DNA from: Mytilus californianus
Taxonomy: Eukaryota
Length of the DNA: 64,000 nucleotides
NCBI RefSeq assembly: GCF_021869535.1
Contig: NW_026262712.1
Location: 27,404,001 to 27,468,000 of the forward strand
Reading direction: 5' to 3'
The translations under genes were made by a program, and so were the position numbers. Below are positions 36,401 to 49,102 of this stretch, piece after piece (the stretch's first letter is position 1; the number at the start of each line of letters is the position of its first letter). The notes beneath the pieces were generated by a model. It worked only from the letters and a program-made list of their open reading frames with translations. It ran no database searches and had not been told where the DNA came from.

Positions 36401-38224
36401 CTTGTTGAATATTTATTCCTATTAAGTGACTATTTCTGGATCGAATTTAAAGAAGATCATGTCCAAGTGTGTTTCAAAACAGGGGCGGCGGATTAGTTGC
36501 AGATTAATCAGACTTCGTTTAGATGGACATGTCTTCAAAAATTGATACAGTAGGAAAAAAAATTGGGGGGACTGGGGAGTTAAAGATTGGAAAGTGAAAC
36601 TTTTTTTCTGTTTATTTAACTTTCTAAATTTAGGTATATCTCTCCTCGGTTCATCTTTCTCTACGCATATTATTGAGGGAAAGAAAAGCAATTAATCAAT
36701 ACTCAATAACCCTTTCAGTTTTGATACACCTATTTGAAAGTACACCAAAACGGAACTAAAACTGTAGGAGATGTAGGTTAATAAGACAGCAATCAAACGA
36801 AAAAAACATCGAAAGACATCTAGCGGGCAACATACAGTTTTCAAAAATAGTTATAGGTGTCTACACAATATGTCAAATTTTTAATCTTTACTAATTCATA
36901 TAATTATTGAGAATAAATCTAACAGAAACGATAAAAAAATCTACCATTAAATCGCAATTCTTCAAATAATGTAACAATTTAGGAAGAAGCCTAAATTTAA
37001 AAAAGTTAATAAATTAAAACTTACCAACCTTTTATTACTACATAATTAAAGGCGTCTTTACCCCGCTACAAGAAACTTTCCTTGGAGCCGTGGATTGCGA
37101 TTTATCGTCCGCATATTTCCAAAATGTACAAGTAAATTGGTGGCGTCATGTGTTAAAACAGTTATTGGCCAATCGAATCGGTATATATTATTTACTATGC
37201 ATGGTTGGGATGACCCTTTAACCCGAACTCCTTTAAAGATACAGAGTGATTGACAGAATGGGCAGTAATTGACATTATAGGAGAAAAGGTGAGATATTTG
37301 CTTTTGCTGCGTTAGTTTAAAAAATAAAGTAGAACATGAAAAGTCGAACATATTATATGGTATGTATTAGAGGAAAAGAAAGGGCTCCAGAGGGGTTCTC
37401 CTAAGATCAAATGGTCACTTTCAGAAATTTCTTCAGTTAACCAGGTCATTTTAGGCAAACTATACAGTTCTAAACTGATCTGATTCTCGGTTTTAAACAT
37501 TTCTAAAGTATCAAACAAAGCAAATTAAAGCAAAACGGGCATAACTCGGGAACGGTTAAAGTGACGCCACCAAAATTCAAACTTGATCTCTGTTTTGTGG
37601 TAATAAGTATTGTGTATATGCTTCATAATATTTGGTTGAGGCAAACTAAAGTTAGAAAATGGAAACCAACTTTGGGACGTAATAACATACAGACTGACAA
37701 GGGTAAAACTTATCCCCCCCCCCCACCCTCATTGCGGCGCGGGCATAAAAAGTGTTTATTTTAGTTATTGCCCTTGTACCTTGGATAGATAGAATATGTG
37801 CAACGCGGGGGACAAATTTGTTCTTTATTTCACGTCATGGGACACTGAAGTCTTGTTTTCATGAACGATTACAGCTTGATGGGACTAGAAAGCATTGACA
37901 ATTACAAAGCAAAATAAGATTGGCATGTACAGAGACTTAATGTCTCTGGTATGTACTGCGCTGTTTCTAGTGTTGCAGTTAGAAATAAGACCATGTTTGT
38001 AATTTGTCTTCGAATTAACTGTTAATCTTGTATTTATGCACACCTTCTCAGCTTAATGGTTTGATTCCAAATCTCGAGATTAATTCACAGTCTTTTATAA
38101 AGGTTACAGAGACGGATACACGTACGGTCCGAGGAAATAGGGGGCGTAATTCATTAAAAGGTTGAAAAATCGTTGAGAGTAGCAAAACGATTTTTTTGAA
38201 GATTCAACCTAAAAAAATGATACA

Positions 38225-38950
38225 TTTTCATACGCCCGTTTACGGAACGTATTATGTATGGTATACCGTTGTACGTCTGTCCGTCCGTCGTCAACATGTC
38301 GGACATTAACTCAAAAACGCTTTAACCAATTTGCATAAAACTTTGGGGAATTGTTTATATCTTTTGACATGAGCTCCCTTTCGTTTTTTATGAATTTAGA
38401 TTTTACGTTTCCGAGTTATGGTATTTTTTTCATTAAAAAAGGGGGATTTTCCAGTTTCGGACAATAACTCAAAAATGCTTTCACCAATTTGCAAGAAATT
38501 TAGGTGAATTGTTTATATTTATTGACATGAGCTCCCTTTCGAAATTTATAAATTTTAGATTTAACGTTTCCAAGTTACGGGGTTTTATTCATTAAAAATG
38601 GGGGACAGTTTTCGGACAAGAACTCAAAAATGCTTTCAGCAGGTCTAATGAAACTTTGGTGAATAGTTTATATCTATTGATGTAAGCCTCATTTCAATTT
38701 TTATAAATTTTAGGTTTTACGTTTCCGAGTTATGGGGTTTTATTCATTAGAAAAGGGGGGATTTTCCAGTATTCGGACAATAACCCAAAAATGCTTTCAG
38801 CAGTTCTCATAAAACTTTGGTGAATTGTTTCTATCTTATGACGTAAGCTCCCTTTCGATTTTTAAAAATTCTGATATGATAAAGAGAAGTAGTTGAACTT
38901 TATTCTTTGAAAATGCGACGGGCGTATCATGCGCTCATGTTCGCTGTTTA
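38225..38950 (+). mobile_element. HINE-type element with four ~158-bp tandem core units
   Basis: subTIRs ATACGCCCGT / ACGGGCGTAT, GTCC microsatellite, units GGACAATAACTCAAAAATGCTTT at ~38300, 38459, 38614 and 38775. Confidence 0.7.
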
Positions 38951-40696
38951 TTACATGTTTACTATCAAAAAGTAGAGGAGGGGGATTTAAGAAGGATTAA
39001 ATTTGTGCTTCAGCTACATTGTAAATCCCCTCCTCCCCGCAAAAAAAGATCTAATGTTACCGGAATCATGAAATTATGAGATATATGTAGTACGGTGCAT
39101 AGATAAGAATGATGCATAATTTATACAATTATTTTGTACAATCACTTTGTTTTGATATATTTTTGCCGTTAATAGCATAATTTTTTACCGGGATTAGCAC
39201 AATTCCAACTTAGCAGATGTATCTATTCGTCTATCTCAATCCAGAAATCCAATTGCGGAATAGTAGTACAACACGAGTTATTAATGATATGTTAATAGCT
39301 ATATATTAACAGAATTCAATTACTGGACTTCTTATATCAACGATCTCCAATTGACTATTCATTTTTTTAAGTCCCCACCGACTTAATATATGTTCAATTG
39401 GTCTGTCCGTCTATCAGTCCGTCCATCACACTTCAGCTTCAGTTTGGAAATGCTTTGACCAAATGATTCTATTTTTTGTTTTTAAGCTTATTATTATGAT
39501 ACAGGTCAAGTTTGTGATTGTTGCTGGTGGGATAACATCTCAGGCTTGTGTGTGCCCTCAGAAATTAAGAATTTTCTTACAAATGGTAAAGGACAATATT
39601 TATCTTGCCTAACTATAAGCCAGGTTGGGTTATTGCAATCCCATGAAGTTCTTCATTTGTTAAACTTTCATAAATTGTTTATCAGATGAAGAACTCTGAA
39701 CAAAATCCGACCAAACGTTGCAGCAATTATCTTTTCAAGGATCTACATGTATGAAAAATTAAAGAATTAAACATACCCTCCCCCTTTTTTTCCCCCAACC
39801 CTCCAACCCTAATGTTACACTATATATTACATTTGTTGAACCTTCTGAAAAAGAACAGACAACACTGTGAGTGAAGCAAAGCATGCAGTCATATTCCAAT
39901 TCGAAAACAAACACCCTCTATATATGTATTTTTTTTACATAAATTTCCATTTATACATCTTTTGAATGGATGTTGCTATGGATTATATTTGTTTCCAGGG
40001 TAACTATTGAGGTCAGTAACACTTACCAATGTTTTTTTTTAGAGTTAACATATGCTTTTATGTATTTTCTAATCGGTTATGAAGCAATTAAGGACATTTT
40101 AGTTCTTAAACTGCAATATTCTTCAAATAATAACTTCATTTCCAAGGGAAAAATGGGTTGCTATGGTGATAAAATTAAAGAGAGTCCCATGCATTTTTCT
40201 ATTCAAATCGGTAAAGAAGTATTCAAACTTAATTACTACAATGCTAACTCTGCTGTACACATTTGCACTTTTCTGAAAAACACACGACAAAATTTGATAA
40301 TTTCATAAAAATCCACAGTTCAGAAAAGTTGAAAATATGCATTTTTTGGTAAATTTTTTAATTTTTTTTACAAATTTGGTTGACATGCAATTTTAACTAA
40401 AATGAAGCTTAAACCAAGTTATATCAATAGTATATATGAAAATTTATGAAAAAAGTTTGATTCTATTCATAATCAGTCTCTGAATTGTAGTGATTTAGCT
40501 GATTTTTGAAAGATTTTACCACGCTTAACTACCAAAAAATAGAGTGTCTGTTACCATGGCAACCACTCATATTTTCCCACTAAAATTTAATTTGTGAGCA
40601 TTATTCATTTATTGCTTCTACCAGGCAATTTATAGAAAAAATCTGAAACCCTCATCTATCACACTCTGCCTGGTTCTTGTAAATAGCTGTACTTAA

Positions 40697-41451
40697 GGAT
40701 GTATTCTTCTGACGTTTCAGTCTCGTTGAAATCTTGTTCTTGAATTATTTCCAAAACATGTGATACAAGTGGAAAATATCAATGAATTTTAAAAATGTTA
40801 TAATTAAACTTAACTCTGTGAAAAAATTGTGTATTTACAATGAGTAGTTTTTGAGTAATCAATTTTTCAAATTTTATGACCAATCAAGTCAGTCTTTTTA
40901 GCCAAAATTTTGAGAAAATGGGTGAGGGGTACAAAAAATGATTTTACCAGAATCATGTACATCCCATATCATTTTTTTCTTTTCAAATTTCTTAGATATG
41001 TATTTTTTCAATCATTTATAACCTAAAAGTTGAAATAATATGCATTTTGTTCTAAAAACTGAAAAAAATCACAAATTTACAAAATTGAAAGCATGGTAAA
41101 TTTGACACAAAAAAGCATCAAAATATGATAAAATTTTCTTATATTAACACCTACCTATAGTTTTTTTTAGTTAAATTTATTCAGATTGGTCCACTTAATC
41201 TTTATTGAAAGTATGAAAAAAAGTTTAATTGTGGAACTGTGATTTTTTTCACGATAATAGCCCAAAAATAGGTAAAAATTGATGAAAAATGGGAAAATCA
41301 TCAAAATTGGGTACTTTCAAAGGGCCGTAGCAAAAGTGCACCACCAGAAATTTTTTCTTCACCAATTATTTTTTTACAGTCATATAAACCCAAAAATCAG
41401 GTTAAGAAAAAGTTTAATTCTAGAAATGTTTGGCTCCTCAGGTGTACATCC
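40697..41451. mobile_element. Non-autonomous Kolobok-type element (TTAA TSD)
   Basis: TTAA|GGATGTA ... TACATCC|TTAA (TTAA at 40693-40696 and 41452-41455). Confidence 0.55.
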
Positions 41452-42030
41452 TTAAGGGTCCATATTGTTTTCTGCTGTAAATAATTTTATTGGTGATTTA
41501 TCTAAATGATGCTTACATTCATTATCTTGTGCCATTTTCATATCAATTTTTCTTCTTTGCAAATGTTTTAAAACAACAACTTCAAGACATTTTTTTAGTT
41601 TAAAACTATGATTACAATCCATCACTTTATTAAATTGTTGATTTTCATGAAGAGGTGGAGGATTTGGGATGTCTTTTTCATTAATATTTAAAAGTTGTAG
41701 CTGTTATTTTAATTTTGTATTGCAAAGTGAAACAATGCTTTCTGTTGGTTAAATTATTTAATCTCTCTAAATTAGTTGGGTATTCATATTGTATCCTGCA
41801 TCTCATATATGTATTTGACCAGCAAGAACATCATACTGATTGTTAATAGAAGAGTTTGAATTTACAGTGAGCATGTTTTGAAATATTGTTAGATCAGGTT
41901 TTTCATTTTCATCTAAGCCAAAGGAACCATACATAGGATTGTTTAGTTGATGATATAAAGATTTTGCTATTCTCTGGGATGCTATTTGAAATATGTGGGG
42001 AGGACACTGTTCAGTAGTATAAATGTATTC

Positions 42031-42440
42031 TTATTTCATGATTATCTTCTGTTTGTGTTTTTTTACAACAATTTCATGTAACTTTTTTTTCTTTTGGTCA
42101 TGAAAATTAATTTGCAGTGGTAAAGTTGGTATAGCCATAGGTGTTGATTTATTTAAAGGGTTGAAATGTGCACCTGATAAAAGTATATCATTGAAAAGGT
42201 TTTGATCAGGTTTAAACTGATGCATAAAATATACAGGGGCCTGTGGGAGCCAAATATTTATATTGCATCCAAATAATGTGGCAGCAGCTTGAATTTCACT
42301 GGATTTAGCCCACATACTTCCAAGTAACATGCCTTGTATATCATGTATATCATGTATATACCTATCAAAAGTCAATTGCATTTACATGGGTTATCATCAT
42401 GATCATAACTTCCTATAGCTGTATATAGAACCTATGGGAA
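42031..42440 (-). pseudogene. OTU-family cysteine protease domain remnant (C-terminal half)
   Basis: GMLLGSMWAKSSEIQAAATLFGCNINIW ... LLSGAHFNPL matches the OTU W-x4-EI-x-A..I and H(Y/F) motifs; frameshifted upstream helix HRFYIQL*EVMIMMI; catalytic Cys segment not found. Confidence 0.6.
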
Positions 42441-42589
42441 TGCAACCCGAGTATAAACCTCACTAACCTAAAATTATACCATAGCTATCTTTGATATATA
42501 TAATTTTCACAGTTATACCATAGTTTTGTTGTCTTCGATAAGAAAAATAGTGAGACCTGGTTGCCTGTTTTTTTTTTACATTGGAACAA

Positions 42590-42700
42590 CAGATTCAGTG
42601 TGGGGCCACTAAGCTAAACTGCCCGCTTTGCACCAGCTGATATAAATGAATGCCTAGGGTGGGAATCGAACCCACGTACACCAACTCTGTTGTCCTATAT
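42590..42700 (-). mobile_element. tRNA-derived SINE fragment
   Basis: B-box GGTTCGATTCC (42672-42662) followed by non-tRNA body; no cloverleaf recoverable. Confidence 0.4.
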
Positions 42701-45700
42701 TTTTAAATGAACAAAAATTTGCTCCTAGAACAAACAACCAAACAAATAAAGTATAAAAAAATATATAAATGTGTTCATTAAGAATTATATTCTTACAAAT
42801 ATACCGTATTTTAGTGGAAAATATAAGTTAATTTTCAGTTATTGAGATGTACAAAAAATGTATATAACTTGGATTGTATTACATAAGCTCAACCGTGCAG
42901 CTACATAAATAGATTTAAATTTGCAGAAGCAGATTTTGTTGTGGGGAGGAGTCATGCCCCTTTTAAGAAGCTCCATATATGGTAAATGCATAGTCTTTCA
43001 TTGTATTACTATAAACAATGATAATTGTTGGTTTGCTAGATCTGGCTTTTACTATCCTGGATCCACACCAGATTTGAAATACACTGCTGACATCTAGACT
43101 TTAACGAGGTTGATTAAGTAATAATTGGGTTGTAAAATTAGAAAGCTTCTGGTTACTCTACATGAAGTTTAATTCTTTGTTTAAATTATCATAGTCAACA
43201 TGTGATTTTAATCGCTAACATTTTGAAATTCATTTTAATTATTAAATGTACGATTAAAGCTTCTGGTACAAATTAAAATGTGGAATGATTTCCTTCAAAC
43301 TCCCAGAAAGATTCTTGTGAAATCAATTTCTTCAGAATTTTAAATCAATATTAAGAAATTAAAACATTTTAATAAAAGAAAAAAAGAAATAACCCTTTGC
43401 AGTTCAATTTTTAATCTGGGATTGTGTCTATATCCAGATACAAGATATTTTATTGTGCGCCAATTACTGAGCAGAATAATCAATGTAATTACAAAACAAA
43501 GTCTACATACAATACAACATAATATTTTAACTAAATAAAATAACAAAATAATTGATTATTAATGATTAGTATGATTGTTATAAAATAAGGTTTTATAAAA
43601 ATTGAATGTAGTAAAATATTATAATCCATGGATAATAATGTAATGATAAAATTGTCAAAATTTTGTAAGTAACACACTTCAACCTAACCCAAATTAGTCA
43701 TGAATCCATGTGTTCTGGATTATAATATTATTATTATTATCATTATATTATTAAATATTATTAATCAGTTCTTGTTTTGTTTTAAATTGTTCTGTAAGCA
43801 GCTGCTGAAGGATCTCAGTGGCAACAGATGACCAGATGAATTTGTTTTCATCATTCAAAATAATTGGGGATCAGATAAAAATAAAATATTAACCGTTCGC
43901 TGCATGTGCATTTAACTCATTTATGAAGACTGCAAATACACTTATCTGGGAACATATAACATGATATAGAGTGGGCCATATCAAATGAAACTCATGTGTT
44001 TGTTTATTTTGTATTCTTCTGCATATTGGGGTAAAAAATGCACATCAAACGTCAAGTTTTTTTTACATTATTTAACCTACCTGATATACAACTTTTTCCT
44101 ATATGGGGCATGTCATGCCTTAAAACTTTCAGTTTCATGTATGCACCAGTTTGTCTACACCCATAGTAAATTTTCAGGTGAACATTTGGACATTAATTTA
44201 TTAATTATACTGGGGCTTTGACCATTTATCTGTGATAAATTCTAAATGATTTGTGCTTGTATTTTCTATGTGTCAACCCTTGGTGTAAACTGGAAGTCTC
44301 GTTATAAAAGGACCCCACTGGAAATAAGTTTTACTAACTTTTGTGGGTCATCCTAAGATATTAGGCTACAGTGTAAAATCTAGTCAAGTTAAATTTCACT
44401 CATTTTTAATCTAGTCTAATCATATTATCAAAATATCATGAAAATTTTCATAATTTTATTTTTTATTTCTTAATTTAAAATTTTTAGTAAACATGTATAT
44501 CATTTTAGTGTCTATAAACTATGTCTAGTGCTGTATCCATGTCTTTGTAATATTTTGTATCTGTCAAATTCATGCCTTTTTATCTTGAATAAATATATAT
44601 ATATATATATATAATTTTGCTTCAAAACTTCAACACTTACATTGTAGCCGTTATACAGTTCTATACTTCGATGATTATGCAAAACAATTTGAATTTGTCC
44701 TGCATTATATCTTGTCCAATACTTATTTATGAAGTCTACAGGCATAATTTGTAGGATAGCGGTTAGCGTTGACAGTTAAACCTAGTCTGGCCCACATAAC
44801 AAGCCCTTTTAAAGGCTTTTTGTAAGACAAGTTGGATGTGCTTGGATTAAATCGTTTGCACATTTTTCGTCTGTGTCCCAATTTGAATCATTAATACCTT
44901 AAATTAAAGGAAATACTTTTTTGCAGAAATGTGCAAAGTCATTTTTTATTTTCTGTCTTCTAAGTCCAAAATTTAGAGCTTTTGTTTACCTGAGGCGAAC
45001 TTCCAGATGTCGACTTCCGGTCCATTTTGAAATTTTAAAAATAACCCCGTACCGGGACCTCGTGACAACGTATGGTTTTTAGCTAATACCTGGAACGTAG
45101 TACCGGGAACCAGGATATATGCAATCGTACTTTAGCAAACAAACAACCATCGCACTTTAGCGTGAGACACCATCGTACTTTAGCGTAGACCATCGCACTG
45201 TAGCGTGACCATCGCACATAGCGTACCATCGCACTATAGAGGCCTACAAATATATAAAAACTACACCATAAAAATTTATAAACATGTTATTTTAAACAGA
45301 TTGGTTGTGATTAATATAAGGTGTGGATTGTTGAAAGTTGTTGCATTAGTTGTATTTCAGGACCTCTACAAATATTATCGATTAACATTGCTTTATTTCA
45401 GGTCATTAATTGTCGAATTATGGAGGTCCTGAATTATTTCAAGATACCCTGAAATGGAGTATAGAGGTCATAAGGGTCTTGAAACATTTCAAGATGTCAA
45501 TTACATGTAGGCATATGTAATTATGGATATAATATAATATAAGTATTGGGCTCCTGAATACAATAACATTAATTATATCCTCGCCTCACAGATTAATTTT
45601 GAAAAAAAAAATATTATGCCACAGATTTCTTTTTATTTTTTATAGAAGATTACATAATAATTATTTTACAAATTTAAGCTTCCAGACTGTATGTTCATTT

Positions 45701-46132
45701 TTTATCAACGTAATTAAATTTACATTCTCTTATCTTATTTTGAAATGAACCGCCATTTAAACATCACAGTTGAACTGTTTGTTTACCAGTTTACATTGTT
45801 GTCGTGTTTACGTTCTATTTTTACCTGTTTACCTTCCTTGTGGGTCGCTGTTTAGATCAAAACTCCAAGCTTAATTAAGGTAAATATCGGCCTTAAATTT
45901 GGTAAAGTGATCTGTTACTTGTAATACTTTTCCTATGATCGTTAACCTTGCAATCATATCATTTTAAAGTAGTGTTTTGTATTGAAAGGCTGGTTAATTT
46001 TTATCATTTATGATCACCTAGCACATCGATTATTTTAGATCACCTGGTCCAAAGGGCAATATTCGTTAACGACTGTCGTTTTCCACCTTCCGTTGACAGG
46101 ACTTTGTTACAGTTATTTTCCTTTTGTAACCA

Positions 46133-47185
46133 TTTTTAGCTCACCTGGCCCGAAGGGCCAAGTGAGCTTTTCTCATCACTTGGCGTCCGTCATCGTCGTC
46201 CGTCGTCGTTAGCTTTTTACAAAAATCTTCTCCTCTGAAACCACTGGGCCAAATTTAACCAAACTTGGCCACAATCATCATTAGGGTATCTAGTTTTAAA
46301 AATGGGTCCGATGACCCCGCCAACCAACCAAGATGGCCGCCATGGCTAAAAATAGAACATAGGGGTAAAATGTAGATTTTGGCTTATATCTCTGAAACCA
46401 AAGCATTTAGAGTAAATCTGACAGGGTCAATGCGACATTGATTATGAGGTCAAGATCTATCTGCCCTGAAATTTTCAGACAAATCTGACAACCTATTGTT
46501 GGGTTGCTGCCCCTGAATTGGTAATTTTAAGGAAATTTTGCAGTTTTTGGTTATTATCTTTAATATTATTATATATAGAGATAAACTGTAAACAGCAATA
46601 ATGTTCAGCAAAGTAAGATCTACCAATAAGTTGTATGACCAAATTGTCAGTCGACCCCTTTAGGAGTTATTGCCCTCAATAGTCAATTTTTAACAATTTT
46701 TTCGTAAATTTTTGTTATCTTTTACAAAAATCTTCTTCTCTGAAACTACTGAGACAAATTTAACCATACTTGACCATAATCAATATTAGGGTATCTAGTT
46801 TAAAAAAATTGTCCGATGACCCCGCCTTCCAACCATCATGGCCGACTTGGTTAAAAATAGAACATAGGGGTAAAATGCAGTTTTTGGTTTATATCTCTGA
46901 AACTAAAGCATTTAGAGCAAATCTGACAGGTGGCAAAATTGTTCATTAGATTTAGATATATCTGCCCTGAAATTTTCAGACGAATCCGACAACCAGTTGT
47001 TGGGTTGCAGCCCCTGAGTTAGTAATTTAAAAAAAAAAAAAATGCAGTTTTTTGTTATTATCTTAGATATCATTATGATATCTAATATCTAATACTATTA
47101 ATTATGATTTTAACCTTATTTTACATGATTTCCAAAGCATCAGTAAATACAGGTGAGCGACACAGGCTCTTGAGAGCCTCTAGTT
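46133..47185 (+). mobile_element. Complete HINE element (same subfamily as 9289-10344)
   Basis: TTTTTAGCTCACCTGGCCCGAAGGGCCAAGTGAGCT head, GTC microsatellite, tail AGGTGAGCGACACAGGCTCTTGAGAGCCTCTAGTT. Confidence 0.8.
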
Positions 47186-48848
47186 ATGTTCTCTTAGCGT
47201 TTACAGATCGCCTGGTCGAAAAGTGTGATCTCTTGCATAGTCAAATAACACTTTATAAACTTAATGCGTCACAAGATCTTGTCAAAACCATATTATGTAA
47301 AGACAAAATATCATCAAGTAATAATAAAACAACAAACGTAATATGAGAGTACCACATAAGACAGCTGTGGCGTTCCATACTTTATAGACTTGATTCGTCA
47401 CAAGAGCTTGTCTGGATTTAACTTTACCGGGAACACTCAAACCCAGATCTTTGAAAGCCGGGGATGTATAAGTACTTTGAAACGTCAGGAGCCTACTGAT
47501 AAATTATGTAAAAAGAAACCTGAACAGAATAAAAAATCTATCTAAGGTAAACTGTGCCGAAGGAAGTTTGAAACATAATTTCAACAGGTAATTTTTAATA
47601 CCGGACAATCAGAATTATAAAAAATTGCCTGTTGAAATAGAACCAGACGCACGATTATTTTAAATGTGAAGAACTGGATGATGGCAACTACTCTCTAATC
47701 TCTATACATGTATTAACATTGAGCAGAGGGCAAACATGGCGACTAGAGCTAAATATATCGCCTTATTGGTCGCTAGCTTTTATTCGAACGGCCGTTACTG
47801 TCTTTTACAATTTTTGGTGTTAAGATATATCGTCTGATTGTTCGCTGGCTTATTGTTCGCTAGCTTCAGCCTTGTCAATGGAACTAGAAGCACAATTATT
47901 TGAAACTCGAAGAAATGGATGATTGCAGTGATCTGTAAACCCTATTTAACGTTGATCAACGGGCAAACATGGCGACACTAGCTGGATATATATATATACA
48001 ACTTATATTACTCTGCTTCTTGTTTAAAACTGCGTTGTCAATACAAATTTAAGTTCACAGGACACTGATATTGGTGCCACATACCCCAATGAAAATATGT
48101 TAAATCCTATTTTCATCTTCGTGTTTGGAACAACTTGGTGGAAACTAAAAATAAGATATTTGATGGTCCAACTTAATGACCCTTGGTAGGTAAATTTTCG
48201 TTAAGTATAAATATACGAAGAAGTGGTATGATTTTCAAGAGACAACTCTCGAGAAGAGACCAAATGACGTAGAAGCTAAGCAACTATAGTTCACCGTATG
48301 GCCATCAGCAATGAGCAAATTCCATACTGCATAGTAAACTTAAAAGGACCCGAAATAACAAAATGTAAAACAATTCAAACGAGAAAGCAAACAGGTTGAT
48401 TTATTAAAAGAAAAATAATACACGAAAAACAAATATGTTAAACAGCAACAACACACGACAACCACTGAACAACATGCTCCTGACTTGGGACAGATACAAA
48501 CACAAATGGCAGGGTTCAAGAAATAGTTGCGGACGCACCTACCCTCCCCAAACCTGGGGCAGTGATGTAACAGCACAAGATAAGAACAAACTATACAATC
48601 AGTTGTAAAGGGCTTAACTTAACAGATCAATACAAAGCACAGAAAAACAACAAAATCACAATAGACACACAGAACAGATCTTAGAGTACTCGAAGTTACT
48701 GATAGCAGTAGTGTCAAAAAGCCGATTCTGCGGCACTTGCCATTTTAAGCACAAATTCAGCATAGGAACCCCAACCCCAAACATAAAATGCAAACGCAAT
48801 ACGTTTCAATTAGCCTAAGGGTAAAAACAAGAATGTCTTTCAGTTTAG

Positions 48849-49036
48849 CACAAAACCCAAACACCTTAGAAGGATGTAATCCTAGGGTAAATACAAATAT
48901 GTCTTTTACACAAAACCCAAACACCTTAGAAGGATGTAATCCTAGGGTAAATACCAATATGTTTTTTACACAAAACCCAAACACCTTAGAAGGATGTAAT
49001 CCTAGGGTAAATACCAATATGTCTTTTACACAAAAC
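48849..49036 (+). repeat. 60-bp tandem repeat x3.1 in the left subterminal region
   Basis: CACAAAACCCAAACACCTTAGAAGGATGTAATCCTAGGGTAAATAC(A/C)AATATGT(C/T)TTTTA at an exact 60-bp period; a single diverged counterpart lies in the right end (~62880-62945). Confidence 0.95.
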
Positions 49037-49102
49037 GTCAGAGATACCCCAGCCTCAAATACCTTAGAAGGAAGCATTCCCCAAATTGATATACATGAAG
49101 GG

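Larger units (their letters stand above)
33899..45246. mobile_element. 11.3-kb TIR element with ~19-bp subterminal tandem repeats, hAT-like (TAGG...CCTA ends, degenerate 8-bp TSD)
   Basis: Left TAGGACTCTAAAGTGCGATGG + (CGCTAAAGTGCGATGGT)n to ~34015; right (ACCATCGCACTTTAGCG)n from ~45125 ending GCACTATAGAGGCCTA; flanks TAAATATG (33891-33898) and CAAATATA (45247-45254), 6/8 match. No transposase recognised. Confidence 0.65.

Noticed and set aside
37058-37351. 97-aa minus-strand ORF inside the hAT-like element
   Set aside because: Somewhat coding-like in composition but no recognisable motif or reliable splice sites; not supportable.
42590-42700. Possible tRNA gene
   Set aside because: Only a B-box is present; no A-box or cloverleaf could be folded, so it is treated as a SINE fragment.
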